From Solirubrobacteraceae bacterium (GTDB lineage: Bacteria; Actinomycetota; Thermoleophilia; Solirubrobacterales; Solirubrobacteraceae): 27,367 nt of DNA. The notes beneath the pieces were generated by a model. It was not told the DNA's origin and did not search any database. It worked only from the letters and a program-made list of their open reading frames with translations. Position numbers and translations under genes: made by a program. The stretch covers positions 1 to 27,367 of the forward strand of contig JALOLQ010000014.1 in the NCBI GenBank assembly GCA_025455895.1, written 5' to 3'. This document shows positions 19,208 to 27,367 of this stretch, piece after piece. Each line of letters begins with the position of its first letter. The first letter of the stretch is position 1.

Positions 19208-20137
19208 GTGGCCGGAGCCGACCGGGAGGAGCCCGCGGGCGCGGCCGGGGGCCGCGGCACCGCCGTGCTCGATCCCGTCCCGCCGGCGCTGCTCGTGCTG
19301 GCCGGGGCGACCTCGGTCCAGTTCGGCGCCGCGCTCGCCGCGACGCTCTTCGACGATCTCGGCCCCGGGGGCGCGTCGCTGCTGCGCGTCGGCCTGGCGG
19401 CGGTCGTCCTGTGGGTCATGTGGCGCCCGCGCCCGGGCGCCCACCCGCGCGAGCACGTGCGCCTCGCCGTCCTCTTCGGGCTCGTGCTCGGCGGGATGAA
19501 CCTGTGCTTCTACGAGGCGCTCGACCGGATCCCGCTCGGCGTCGCGGTGACGATCGAGTTCATCGGGCCGATCGGCCTGGCGACGCTGCTCTCGCGCCGC
19601 CCGGTCGACTTCGCCTGGGTCGGGCTGGCGATCACCGGGATCGTGCTGCTCGCGCGCCCGTGGTCGGCCGAGGACGCGCTCGACCCCGTCGGTGTCGCGC
19701 TCGTCCTCGCCGCGGCGGTGTTCTGGGCGCTCTACATCGTGCTCGCCCAGCGCGCCGGGCGCGTCTTCGACGGCGGGCAGGGGCTGGCGATCGCGATGGT
19801 CGCGGCCACGCTCGTCACGCTGCCCCCCGGGGTCGTCGAGGCGGGGACCGCCCTCTTCGGCCCCGAGGCGCTCGCGCTCGGCTTCACCGTCGCGCTGCTC
19901 TCGTCGGTGATCCCCTACTCGCTGGAGACCGAGGCGCTGCGGCGGATGCCGGCGCGGGTCTTCGGCGTGCTCATGAGCCTCGAGCCGGCGCTCGCGGCGC
20001 TCGCCGGCTTCCTCGTGCTCGGGCAGACGCTCGACGCGCTCGGGATCGCCGCGGTGGCGCTCGTGGTCACCGCGAGCATCGGCGTCACGCGGACGGCCGA
20101 GCGGACCCCGCCGCCCGAGGCCGTGATCGAGGCGTGA
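19208..20137 (+). CDS. EamA/DMT family transporter (RhtA-like threonine/homoserine exporter type)
   Basis: SVQFGAALA, MNLCFYEALDRIPLGVAVTIEFIGP, ALLSSVIPYSLE, FGVLMSLEPALAALAG. Confidence 0.9.
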   Translation: MAGADREEPAGAAGGRGTAVLDPVPPALLVLAGATSVQFGAALAATLFDDLGPGGASLLRVGLAAVVLWVMWRPRPGAHPREHVRLAVLFGLVLGGMNLCFYEALDRIPLGVAVTIEFIGPIGLATLLSRRPVDFAWVGLAITGIVLLARPWSAEDALDPVGVALVLAAAVFWALYIVLAQRAGRVFDGGQGLAIAMVAATLVTLPPGVVEAGTALFGPEALALGFTVALLSSVIPYSLETEALRRMPARVFGVLMSLEPALAALAGFLVLGQTLDALGIAAVALVVTASIGVTRTAERTPPPEAVIEA

Positions 20138-20186
20138 GGCGCCGAGCGGCATCCCGGCGCGGCCGGTCCGTCAGACTGCGGCGCGC

Positions 20187-20759
20187 ATGTTCGGCCTGAA
20201 CCTGCCCAACTTCCTGACGGTGCTGCGCATCCTGCTCGTGCCGGTGCTCGTCGTCGTGCTGCTCGGGGCCGGCGGGGACGCGAGCGACGTGCTGGCCGCG
20301 GTCGTCTTCGCGATCGCCTCGCTCACCGACGCGATCGACGGCTGGATCGCGCGCTCGCGCGAGCAGATCACGACCTTCGGCAAGCTCATGGACCCGGTCG
20401 CCGACAAGCTGCTCGTGATCGCGGCGCTGCTGTCGCTCGTCTCGCTCGACCGCCTGGAGGCGTGGGTCGCGATGGTGATCATCGCGCGCGAGTTCGCGGT
20501 CACCGTGGCGCGGCTCCAGGCGCGCAACGAGGGCGTGGTGATCGCCGCGAACTGGTGGGGCAAGGCGAAGACCGCGGTGCAGGTGCTGACGATCTTCCTG
20601 CTGATCCTCTTCGACCCGTCGCCCGCATGGCTCGATGTGCTCGTCTACGCGATGGTCGGGGTGACGGTGGCCAGCGGGATCGACTACTTCTTCGGCATGC
20701 GCCGGCTGCTGCGCGAGGCCGAGTCGCGCCGCGCCGCCCGCACGGAGGCCTCGCGATGA
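20187..20759 (+). CDS. pgsA: CDP-diacylglycerol--glycerol-3-phosphate 3-phosphatidyltransferase
   Basis: NLPNFLTVLRI; CDP-alcohol phosphotransferase motif TDAIDGWIAR...TTFGKLMDPVADKLL; IIAREFAVT; GKAKT. Confidence 0.92.
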   Translation: MFGLNLPNFLTVLRILLVPVLVVVLLGAGGDASDVLAAVVFAIASLTDAIDGWIARSREQITTFGKLMDPVADKLLVIAALLSLVSLDRLEAWVAMVIIAREFAVTVARLQARNEGVVIAANWWGKAKTAVQVLTIFLLILFDPSPAWLDVLVYAMVGVTVASGIDYFFGMRRLLREAESRRAARTEASR

Positions 20760-21169
20760 AGTGGCTGATGGCGCTCGCGGCGCTCGTGGCCGCCGCGTCG
20801 ATCACCGTCGCGGTGGTCGTCGTCGTGCGCGAGCGCGATCCGGTGCCCGACGAGATCCGGGCCTGCCTGGACGAGGCGGGCCTGTCGCTCGCGCGCTCGT
20901 CCGAGGCGCTCGGCGTGGCGCGGGTGGACGCCACCGGCGGGACCCTGAAGCCCGTGCGCCGCTGGGACTGGGGGCGCACCGCGGGCGTCCTGCTCCAGGC
21001 GCCCGAGCGCGACTACGCGGTGCTCGCGCTCTGGAACGCGGACACGCCGTCACTGGCCCGCGGGGACGTCGGGCGCCGCGTCTACAGCGCCCCGTCGAAG
21101 TTCCCGGCCGTGGCGATCCAGGTGCCGCGCAGCGACCGGCTGGTCGCCTGCGCCGAGCGCCAGGGCTGA
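20756..21169 (+). CDS. 137-aa membrane-anchored/secreted hypothetical protein
   Basis: ATG overlaps the pgsA stop (ATGA); hydrophobic N-terminus [24 protein letters not shown]; 3' part of track ORF 20462..21169. Confidence 0.75.
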   Translation: MKWLMALAALVAAASITVAVVVVVRERDPVPDEIRACLDEAGLSLARSSEALGVARVDATGGTLKPVRRWDWGRTAGVLLQAPERDYAVLALWNADTPSLARGDVGRRVYSAPSKFPAVAIQVPRSDRLVACAERQG

Positions 21170-21173
21170 CGGC

Positions 21174-22169
21174 TCAGGCCTCGGCGTCGAGCCACTCGCG
21201 CATCGTCGTGTGGCGGGTCACGTGCTCGCCCGCCGTGACCTCGGCGCGCAGCTCGCCGAGCAGCCCGAAGCGCTCGGCGACGACGTTGTGCTGGTGGATC
21301 GTCTCGAGGTTCTCCTGGCGCGCCATGACGAACGTTCCCTCGCCGAGCCCGGCGTAGCGCTCGACGACCGCCTTGACCATCTCGCGCACGCAGTCCTCGA
21401 CGAAGCGCGGGCGGCGGTGGGCCTTCTCGACGACGCTGCCCTCGTCGCTGCGCTTCATCAGCTCGTAGATCTCGCTGGACATCGAGCCCTCGACGATCGC
21501 CACGAGATCCTGCGCGTCGAGCGGCACGGCGTTGCCCTCGATCGAGCCGAGGTAGAGCGTCCCGAGCCCGCGCTGGTTGTGCGTGGCGACCGGCACCGCC
21601 TCGAGGATCCGCTCGATCTCCTCGGCCGAGAAGCCCTCGCCGGTCAGCCGCTCGCGCGCGCGGCCGGCGACGAGCTCCTGCGCGCACGGGCAGGCGGTCA
21701 TCCCCTGCGCGGCGACGCCGGTGATCCGGCGCGTGCCGCGCTCGGAGGCCACCGCGATGCCGTGGAGGGTGTACATCTCCTGCGTCGTGATGCCCGAGAC
21801 GGGGGCGGGCTTGTGCTCGGGGTAGCGCGCCTCGATCGCGACCTCGGCGCGCCGCGCGCCCTGGCGGTCGCGCACGGTCTCGGCGATCTGCTGGGCGAGG
21901 TCCTCGCAGCGGAAGGCCGACCCGCCGACGACGACCTCGCCGATCGCGTCGTTGACGACCTCCTCGAAGCGCGACATGTGCGCGCCCTTCTGCTCGGGCC
22001 CGAGATCGACGAAGCATTCGAGCCGCGCGTGGTAGGGCTGCTCGGCGCCGGGCGGCCCGACGCGGATCACCTTCTCCACGCCGGTGACGCCGACGCGCGA
22101 GAGCGAGACGGTGATCTGCGGGACGCGGTTCTGGACGTCCGGCGAGCTGGCGAGCGAGGAGGGCTCCAT
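21174..22169 (-). CDS. mptA: GTP cyclohydrolase, FolE2/GCYH-IB superfamily, archaeal MptA-like subtype
   Basis: PDVQ...[65 protein letters not shown]; ATG 22169 with AAGGA upstream. Confidence 0.85.
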   Translation of the reverse strand: MEPSSLASSPDVQNRVPQITVSLSRVGVTGVEKVIRVGPPGAEQPYHARLECFVDLGPEQKGAHMSRFEEVVNDAIGEVVVGGSAFRCEDLAQQIAETVRDRQGARRAEVAIEARYPEHKPAPVSGITTQEMYTLHGIAVASERGTRRITGVAAQGMTACPCAQELVAGRARERLTGEGFSAEEIERILEAVPVATHNQRGLGTLYLGSIEGNAVPLDAQDLVAIVEGSMSSEIYELMKRSDEGSVVEKAHRRPRFVEDCVREMVKAVVERYAGLGEGTFVMARQENLETIHQHNVVAERFGLLGELRAEVTAGEHVTRHTTMREWLDAEA

Positions 22170-22415
22170 GGCGAGCGGTCCTTCCGGGTGGGTCGTCGAG
22201 GATATGGGTTCGGTGCGGCCGGGGCCGCTTGTGCTATCAATCACGCACTTTTCGGCTGCAGGCCCCTCCGTCTACGAGCGAGAGGACAGCAAGGCTCAGC
22301 CCTTCGCGACGAGTGTCGCGGTCGCAGGTCCGCACGTGAGGTACCAAGGAGTTCGGGGAGGGGGGTCGGCCCGTGGGGAGGGCGGCCCTGCAAGGTCTCG
22401 CGAAGGATCGAGGGA

Positions 22416-23585
22416 GTGAGCACCACCAAAGCTGAGGGGCTGTTGGCCGACGATGCGCCGATCTGGGAGCTCGACGAGCTGCGCCAGCTCGTCGCGGACG
22501 GCCAGGAGCGGGGATACCTGACGATCGAGCAGGTCACGGCCTGCCTGGAGGAGGTCGACGTCACGAAGGACCAGGTGCACGAGCTGCACGGGCACCTGGA
22601 GGAGCTCGGCGTGGATCTGCTCGCCGAGACGCCGAGCGGCGCGCCCGGGCTCGGCGCACCCGAGCCGCCGATCACCGAGGGCCCGCCGGTCCCGCCGGAG
22701 CCGGCGGCCGAGCGCGCCCCGGACAAGCGCAAGAAGCCCGAGGTCGACCTCACGGTCGAGCCGAGCCTCGATTCGCTGCGGCTCTACCTGCGCTCGATCG
22801 GGCGCGTCCAGCTGCTCACCGCCGCCCAGGAGGTGGAGCTCGCGCAGCGCATCGAGCGCGGTGACATGCTGGCCAAGCAGCAGATGGTCGAGGCGAACCT
22901 GCGCCTGGTGGTCTCGATCGCCAAGGGCTACCTCGGCCGCGGCCTGACGTTCCTGGACCTCATCCAGGAGGGCTCGCTCGGCCTGATCCGCGCGGTCGAG
23001 AAGTTCGACTACCGCCGCGGCTACAAGTTCTCGACCTACGCGACGTGGTGGATCCGCCAGGCGGTCACGCGCGCGATCGCCGACAAGGGCCGCACGATCC
23101 GCATCCCGGTCCACATGGTCGAGAAGCTCAACAAGGTCGTCCACGTCGAGCGCCAGCTCGTCCAGCAGCTCGGGCGCGAGCCCACGCCGGAGGAGATCGC
23201 GCGCGAGCTCGACTGCACCCAGCGCGAGGTGCGCGACATCCTGCGCATGAGCCAGCAGCCGATCTCGCTCGAGAAGCCGATCGGCGACGAGGAGGAGTCC
23301 GAGCTGGGCGACTTCGTGGAGGATCAGACGGCCGAGTCGCCGTTCGAGCTGGCCTCGGAGAACCTGCGCAAGGAGAACGTGCAGCGCGCGCTCCAGGCGC
23401 TGCCCGCGCGCGAGCGCGAGGTGATCGAGATGCGCTTCGGGCTCACGGGCGAGCGCCCGCGCACGCTCGAGGAGGTCGGCCGCGCGTTCAGCGTCACGCG
23501 CGAGCGGATCCGCCAGATCGAGAACCACACGCTGAAGAAGCTCGAGTCGCTGCCCGAGGCGCAGCGGCTGCGCGACGCCTGCTGA
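22416..23585 (+). CDS. RpoD-like sigma-70 factor (group 1/2)
   Basis: GTG 22416 after GAGGGA; regions 1.1 (GQERGYLT), 1.2 ([10 protein letters not shown]), 2 ([36 protein letters not shown]), 3 and 4 ([21 protein letters not shown]). Confidence 0.93.
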   Translation: MSTTKAEGLLADDAPIWELDELRQLVADGQERGYLTIEQVTACLEEVDVTKDQVHELHGHLEELGVDLLAETPSGAPGLGAPEPPITEGPPVPPEPAAERAPDKRKKPEVDLTVEPSLDSLRLYLRSIGRVQLLTAAQEVELAQRIERGDMLAKQQMVEANLRLVVSIAKGYLGRGLTFLDLIQEGSLGLIRAVEKFDYRRGYKFSTYATWWIRQAVTRAIADKGRTIRIPVHMVEKLNKVVHVERQLVQQLGREPTPEEIARELDCTQREVRDILRMSQQPISLEKPIGDEEESELGDFVEDQTAESPFELASENLRKENVQRALQALPAREREVIEMRFGLTGERPRTLEEVGRAFSVTRERIRQIENHTLKKLESLPEAQRLRDAC

Positions 23586-23627
23586 GGGCGCCGCGCGCAA
23601 GACGTCTCAGGGAGACGGAGAGGGAAC

Positions 23628-23658
23628 GGAACGGGCCGGCGGGGAGCCGGCCCGTTCC
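23628..23658. terminator. Probable bidirectional terminator hairpin between convergent genes
   Basis: GGAACGGGCCGGC-GGGGA-GCCGGCCCGTTCC, perfect 13-bp stem. Confidence 0.6.
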
Positions 23659-23662
23659 ACGT

Positions 23663-25273
23663 TCAGCGGCGCTTGGGCTTCGGCACGCAGGTGCGGTACG
23701 CGCGTGAGCCGCGCAGCGTGCGCCCGTCCTCGGTGACGACGGTGATCGAGATCGTCCAGCGGCCCTTCGGCAGGCCGCGCAGGTCGATCGGCGCGGTCAC
23801 CCGCTTGGGCCCGGTGCGCCCGCGGCGGGTGGCGATCGTCCTCCCGGCGAGCTTCACCGTCGCGCTGCGGATCTTCACGCCCGCGGGCTCGCGCAGGCGG
23901 ATGCGGAAGCTGCGCCGGCTGACGCAGGCCCTGGCGCCCTTGCCGGTCGCGGACGGGAGCACGACGACGTCCCGGAACACGGCCGGCTTGGGCGGTGCCG
24001 GGGCGGGGGCCGGCGCGGGGGCGGGTGGCGCCGGAGAGGCCGGGGGGTCGGCCGGCGGCGCGCCGCCGCCGGGAGCGACGAACCGCGCGAGCACGTCGTC
24101 GCGCTCGATCCCCGGGTCGCCCGGGTCCGGAGCGGAGCGCGTCCACGCCAGGCCGAGCGTCCCGTCGGGCAGCAGGGCCGGGTCGGGGTCGCGGTCGTAG
24201 CGGCCGCTCGGCGAGGGGCCGGTGCCCGGCGCGTCGGCGCCGAGCGGCGTTCCGTCGCGCGCGAAGCGCCGGTACTCGACGTCCGCCGAGCCGCTCGCGA
24301 AGTCCTCCCAGGCGACCACGAAGGAGCCGGCGTCGCTCACCGCCACGCGCGGCGACCACTCGATGCCGCTCGTCTCGGTGGTGGCCTCGGGCGTCCCGAG
24401 CACCGAGCCGAGCACGCCGGTGAAGGCGCGGCGCAGCACGTCGGGCGCGGCCGACGGCGTCGGCCCCGTGCGCCAGGCCGTCTCCAGCGTGCCGTCCGCG
24501 CGCGCCGCGACGGCCGGCTGACGCTCGGCGCCGGCGTTGGTGGGCGCCATCCCGGTCTGGACGCCCTGGAGCACGCCCGCGCCGTCGAAGCGCTTGAGGA
24601 ACACGTCGTCGGACTGCTCCCAGGCCAGCACGAACGCGGCCCCCGGCTGGGCGGCCACGGCCGGCTCGGTGTCCCACGGGTGCAGCACGAGGTCGGCGGC
24701 GTTGAGCGGGTCGCCGTCAGCCTCGAAGCGCCGCCCTTCGATCCGCCCGTCGCTCTCGTCGTACCAGGCGACGACGATCGCCCCGTCGTCCGGGTGCACG
24801 GCGACGTCGGGATCGCGCTCCGAGTTGCCGCTGTCCACCGGAACGGTGATCTCGCCGGCGCCCAGCGGGCTGCCGTCGGCGGCGAAGCGCCGCAGGTAGG
24901 TGTTCGTGCTCTCGAGGCCGCCGACGAAGCGCTCGTACACCACGACGAAGCTCCCGTCGGCGCGCACGGCCACCTCGGGCTCGCGGTTGGCCGCGTCCGG
25001 GGCGATCACGGTCTCGCCGCCGAGCGGCGCCCCGCCGGCGCCGTAGCGACGCAGCACGACGCCCTGCCCGGCGCCGTGCCAGACCGCGACGAACTGCCCG
25101 CCGCCCGCGCCGATCCGCACGTCCTCCTGGTCGCCGGCGGTCGTGGTGTTGAGCAGCACCTCGTCGCCGAGCGGCGTGTCGGCCGCCGCCGGCGCGCCGC
25201 CGAGTGCCACGGCGATCACGGCGGCGAGCGTGACCCGGCCGGCACGCGCCGCCCTCTCCCGGAAGCGCTCCAT
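23663..25273 (-). CDS. Secreted 7-repeat beta-propeller-like protein with Pro/Ala linker and basic C-terminal domain
   Basis: Signal peptide; EVLLNTTTAGDQ start; seven P.VA...DG.FVV.W-type repeats; PPADPPASPAPPAPAPAPAP linker; Cys-bracketed Arg-rich tail. Confidence 0.85.
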   Translation of the reverse strand: MERFRERAARAGRVTLAAVIAVALGGAPAAADTPLGDEVLLNTTTAGDQEDVRIGAGGGQFVAVWHGAGQGVVLRRYGAGGAPLGGETVIAPDAANREPEVAVRADGSFVVVYERFVGGLESTNTYLRRFAADGSPLGAGEITVPVDSGNSERDPDVAVHPDDGAIVVAWYDESDGRIEGRRFEADGDPLNAADLVLHPWDTEPAVAAQPGAAFVLAWEQSDDVFLKRFDGAGVLQGVQTGMAPTNAGAERQPAVAARADGTLETAWRTGPTPSAAPDVLRRAFTGVLGSVLGTPEATTETSGIEWSPRVAVSDAGSFVVAWEDFASGSADVEYRRFARDGTPLGADAPGTGPSPSGRYDRDPDPALLPDGTLGLAWTRSAPDPGDPGIERDDVLARFVAPGGGAPPADPPASPAPPAPAPAPAPAPPKPAVFRDVVVLPSATGKGARACVSRRSFRIRLREPAGVKIRSATVKLAGRTIATRRGRTGPKRVTAPIDLRGLPKGRWTISITVVTEDGRTLRGSRAYRTCVPKPKRR

Positions 25274-25342
25274 GTGGCGACGCTACCAGCGGCGCGGCGG
25301 CGCTACCATTCCGTCGTCCCCGGGCCACGGCCCGGAGGCCTC

Positions 25343-25424
25343 GGAGGGATGTCCGAGTGGTTAAAGGAGACGGGCTGTAAACCCGTTGGCTCTGCCTACG
25401 CAGGTTCGAATCCTGCTCCCTCCA
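25343..25424 (+). tRNA. tRNA-Tyr (GTA)
   Basis: Acceptor GGAGGGA/TCCCTCC with discriminator A; D-loop GAGTGGTTAA; anticodon arm ACGGG-CTGTAAA-CCCGT; long variable arm; T-loop GTTCGAATC; CCA not encoded. Confidence 0.97.
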
Positions 25425-25440
25425 TCGTCGCGCGAGGCGC

Positions 25441-25839
25441 TCAGCCCGCGAGCGCCGCGGCGATCCGCACCGAGACCGCGGGGTCCTCGGCCTCGAGCAG
25501 CGGGCGCAGCTCGCCGAGCACGTCCCGGAAGACCGCGTCGCGCTCGTCGTCGGGGACGTCCTCGTGGCGGCGCTTGCGCAGGCCGCGCTCGTGCAGCCGC
25601 ACGACGCGGGCGGGGGTCACCTCGCGTGCGGCGAGCACCCGCTCGGCGCAGCCCAGCGGGCAGCCGTCGATCACGATCGCCGGCTCGCCGCAGGTCGCCT
25701 TGCGCACGAGCGAGCGCACGTCGCCCCCGACCCCCGCGATGCAGGACATCTCGGCGATCCCGAGGCGGTCGAGCCGCACGGCGATGTGGTTGGCCAGCTG
25801 CGCGACGTTCGAGCAGCCCGAGCAGGAGTAGACCAGCAT
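25441..25839 (-). CDS. DGC-domain putative metal (zinc)-binding protein
   Basis: LVYSCSGCSNVAQLAN, MSCIAGVGG, IVIDGCPLGCA; ATG 25839, 8 nt after the HesB stop. Confidence 0.85.
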   Translation of the reverse strand: MLVYSCSGCSNVAQLANHIAVRLDRLGIAEMSCIAGVGGDVRSLVRKATCGEPAIVIDGCPLGCAERVLAAREVTPARVVRLHERGLRKRRHEDVPDDERDAVFRDVLGELRPLLEAEDPAVSVRIAAALAG

Positions 25840-25847
25840 CGGCCGGC

Positions 25848-26195
25848 TCAGACGGCCGTGGCGGCATCCTCGCGCAGCTGGAACGAGTTGCCGCAGCCGC
25901 AGCCGTAGACGACGTTCGGGTTGTCGATGTGGAACCCGTCCGGGCGGTGGTCGATCGCCGCGCCGCGGATGAACGGGACGTTCTCGAGCGCGGTGAAGAC
26001 GCGCACGCCGTCGTGCTCGACGACGACGTCGTCCGGATGCCACTCGTCGAGCGCGAGGCGGTACTGGTACCCCGAGCAGCCGCCGGGGACGACGTCGACG
26101 CGCAGCCCGGCCTGGGGCCCGGCGGCGCGCTCGGCGGCGAGCAGCTCGTGCAGGCGCTCGGCGCAGGCGTCGGTGATGGTCAGGGAGTCGGTCAT
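25848..26195 (-). CDS. HesB/IscA (A-type) iron-sulfur cluster carrier protein
   Basis: GLRV.V..GGCSGYQY, GF.IDNPN, CGCGNSF; ATG 26195 with AGGAG upstream, overlapping the radical SAM stop. Confidence 0.92.
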   Translation of the reverse strand: MTDSLTITDACAERLHELLAAERAAGPQAGLRVDVVPGGCSGYQYRLALDEWHPDDVVVEHDGVRVFTALENVPFIRGAAIDHRPDGFHIDNPNVVYGCGCGNSFQLREDAATAV

Positions 26196-27367
26196 GCGGA
26201 TGCTCCTGCGGTCGCGGCCCGCGCGGTGCGCGGCCGGTAGGGACAGCTCGGGTCGGGGGCCAGCGGGTCGCCGGTCACCGCGTACGCGCGCGCCCGGCTG
26301 CCGCCGCAGACCTCCTTGAACTCGCAGCGCCCGCACGTACCCTTGAGCTTGGCGGGGTCGCGCAGGTCACGGAACAGCGGGGCGTCACGGTAGATCTCGA
26401 CGGGGTCGCGCCGGCGCACGTTGCCCGCCTCGAGCGGCAGGAAGCCCGACGGCGTGACCTCGCCGCGATGCGAGACGAACATGAAGCCGCGGCCGTCGTT
26501 CACGCCGCGCACCGGGCGGTCGAGCCCGTCGGCGAAGCGGAAGCCGGCGCCCGCGGGCGCCGCGCCGGGGCGCCCGGCGGCCTGCGCGCGCTGCATCGCG
26601 ATCCGCCGGGACTGCGGCGCCGCGGTGGCCTTCACGTCGTACGGGGCGGACTCGCGCAGCTCGTCGAGCCAGGTCAGCACCCGCTCGTGCTCCTGCGGCG
26701 AGATCATCTGCAGGCGCCGTCCGCGCCCGGTGGGCACGAGGAAGAAGACCGACCACTGGACGACGTCCCACGCGGCGAGCCGCTCGGCGAGCGGCTCGAG
26801 CTCGGCGCGGTTCAGCGTGCAGACGGTGGTGTTCACCTGCAGCGCCAGCCCGGCCTCGCGGGCGTTGTCCATCGCCTGCATCGTGCGCTCGAACGAGCCG
26901 CGGAAACCGCGGAAGCGGTCGTGCACCACGGGGTCGGCGGCGTCGAGGCTGAACGCGACCCGCCGGATCCCCGCCTCGCGGGCCCGGTCCATCCGCTCGC
27001 GCGTGGGCAGCGCGGTGGCGGTCGGCGTGAGCGACACGCGCAGCCCGTGCTCGGTCGCACGCCCGGCGAGGTCGAAGACGTCGCGGCGCATCAGCGGGTC
27101 GCCGCCGGTGAGCACGAGGATCGGGCGCGTGCCGAAGCCCGCGAGCTGGTCGATCAGCCGCTCGGCCTCGGCCGTGGTGAGCTCGTGCGGGTGGCGGCGG
27201 GGCTGCGCGGTGGCGCGGCAGTGCTTGCAGGCGTAGGCGCAGGCGCGCGTGAGCTCCCAGGCGATCGTGAACGGGGCCCGGTCGTAGTCGAGCGCGGCCA
27301 GCCAGGCGTCGCGCTCGGCGCGGGCGCTGCCCGCGGCGTCCGAGAGCGCGGCGGGCCGGCCGGTCAC
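26192..27367 (-). CDS. Radical SAM/SPASM protein, TIGR04053 (BA_1875)-like; start at or beyond the window edge
   Basis: PFTIAWELTRACAYACKHCRA (CxxxCxxC), LTGGDPL, GEVTPSGFLP, CGRCEFKEVCGGSRARAYA...DPSC. Confidence 0.88.
   Translation of the reverse strand: MTGRPAALSDAAGSARAERDAWLAALDYDRAPFTIAWELTRACAYACKHCRATAQPRRHPHELTTAEAERLIDQLAGFGTRPILVLTGGDPLMRRDVFDLAGRATEHGLRVSLTPTATALPTRERMDRAREAGIRRVAFSLDAADPVVHDRFRGFRGSFERTMQAMDNAREAGLALQVNTTVCTLNRAELEPLAERLAAWDVVQWSVFFLVPTGRGRRLQMISPQEHERVLTWLDELRESAPYDVKATAAPQSRRIAMQRAQAAGRPGAAPAGAGFRFADGLDRPVRGVNDGRGFMFVSHRGEVTPSGFLPLEAGNVRRRDPVEIYRDAPLFRDLRDPAKLKGTCGRCEFKEVCGGSRARAYAVTGDPLAPDPSCPYRPRTARAATAGASA

Noticed and set aside
18673-22169. A folate/pterin cluster formed by the DHFR-like gene and mptA
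   Set aside because: Separated by three opposite-strand unrelated genes; RibD-C-like proteins are widespread and usually not true DHFRs.
21210-22415. N-terminal 400-aa extension of the sigma factor ORF (track 21210..23585)
   Set aside because: It is the antisense of mptA plus intergenic DNA; sigma homology and an SD begin at GTG 22416.
22170-22415. Possible folate/purine riboswitch (THF, ZTP, preQ1) or Zur box upstream of mptA
   Set aside because: No conserved core of these elements recognised; GTGC-N10-GCAC at 22231-22248 is too weak.
25343-25440. tRNA-Tyr as an integration site of a mobile element
   Set aside because: No integrase, no duplicated tRNA 3' end and no compositional shift in the window.

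Overview
Very GC-rich bacterial chromosomal window, inferred to be Actinomycetota class Thermoleophilia (Solirubrobacterales-like) from gene style, not from a database search. It holds about 27 protein genes and one tRNA-Tyr(GTA). No integrase, transposase, CRISPR array or rRNA was recognised. Housekeeping and metabolic genes: PucR regulator with an LCAD-type acyl-CoA dehydrogenase, XRE-cupin regulator, HlyC/CorC transporter, FAH hydrolase, M32 carboxypeptidase, clpP, EamA exporter, pgsA, an archaeal-type GTP cyclohydrolase (MptA-like), an RpoD-like sigma factor, and a radical SAM/SPASM - IscA/HesB - DGC operon at the right edge. Five secreted proteins are present; three are large multidomain proteins ending in basic C-terminal domains. 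Three genes carry visible indel lesions: a perfect 35-bp tandem duplication at 936-1005, an apparent internal deletion near 14685 and a small deletion near 18850. Main leads: (1) a winged-helix regulator divergent from an unannotated 78-aa ORF with a near-consensus TTGACA-N18-TATTCT promoter and palindromic operators; (2) a shared Cys-bracketed basic C-terminal domain on unrelated secreted proteins; (3) CnaB-like repeats with an isopeptide triad plus a disulfide pair; (4) pervasive leaderless promoter architecture, including two overlapping divergent -10 boxes in a 23-bp gap. Family assignments come from motif recognition only.
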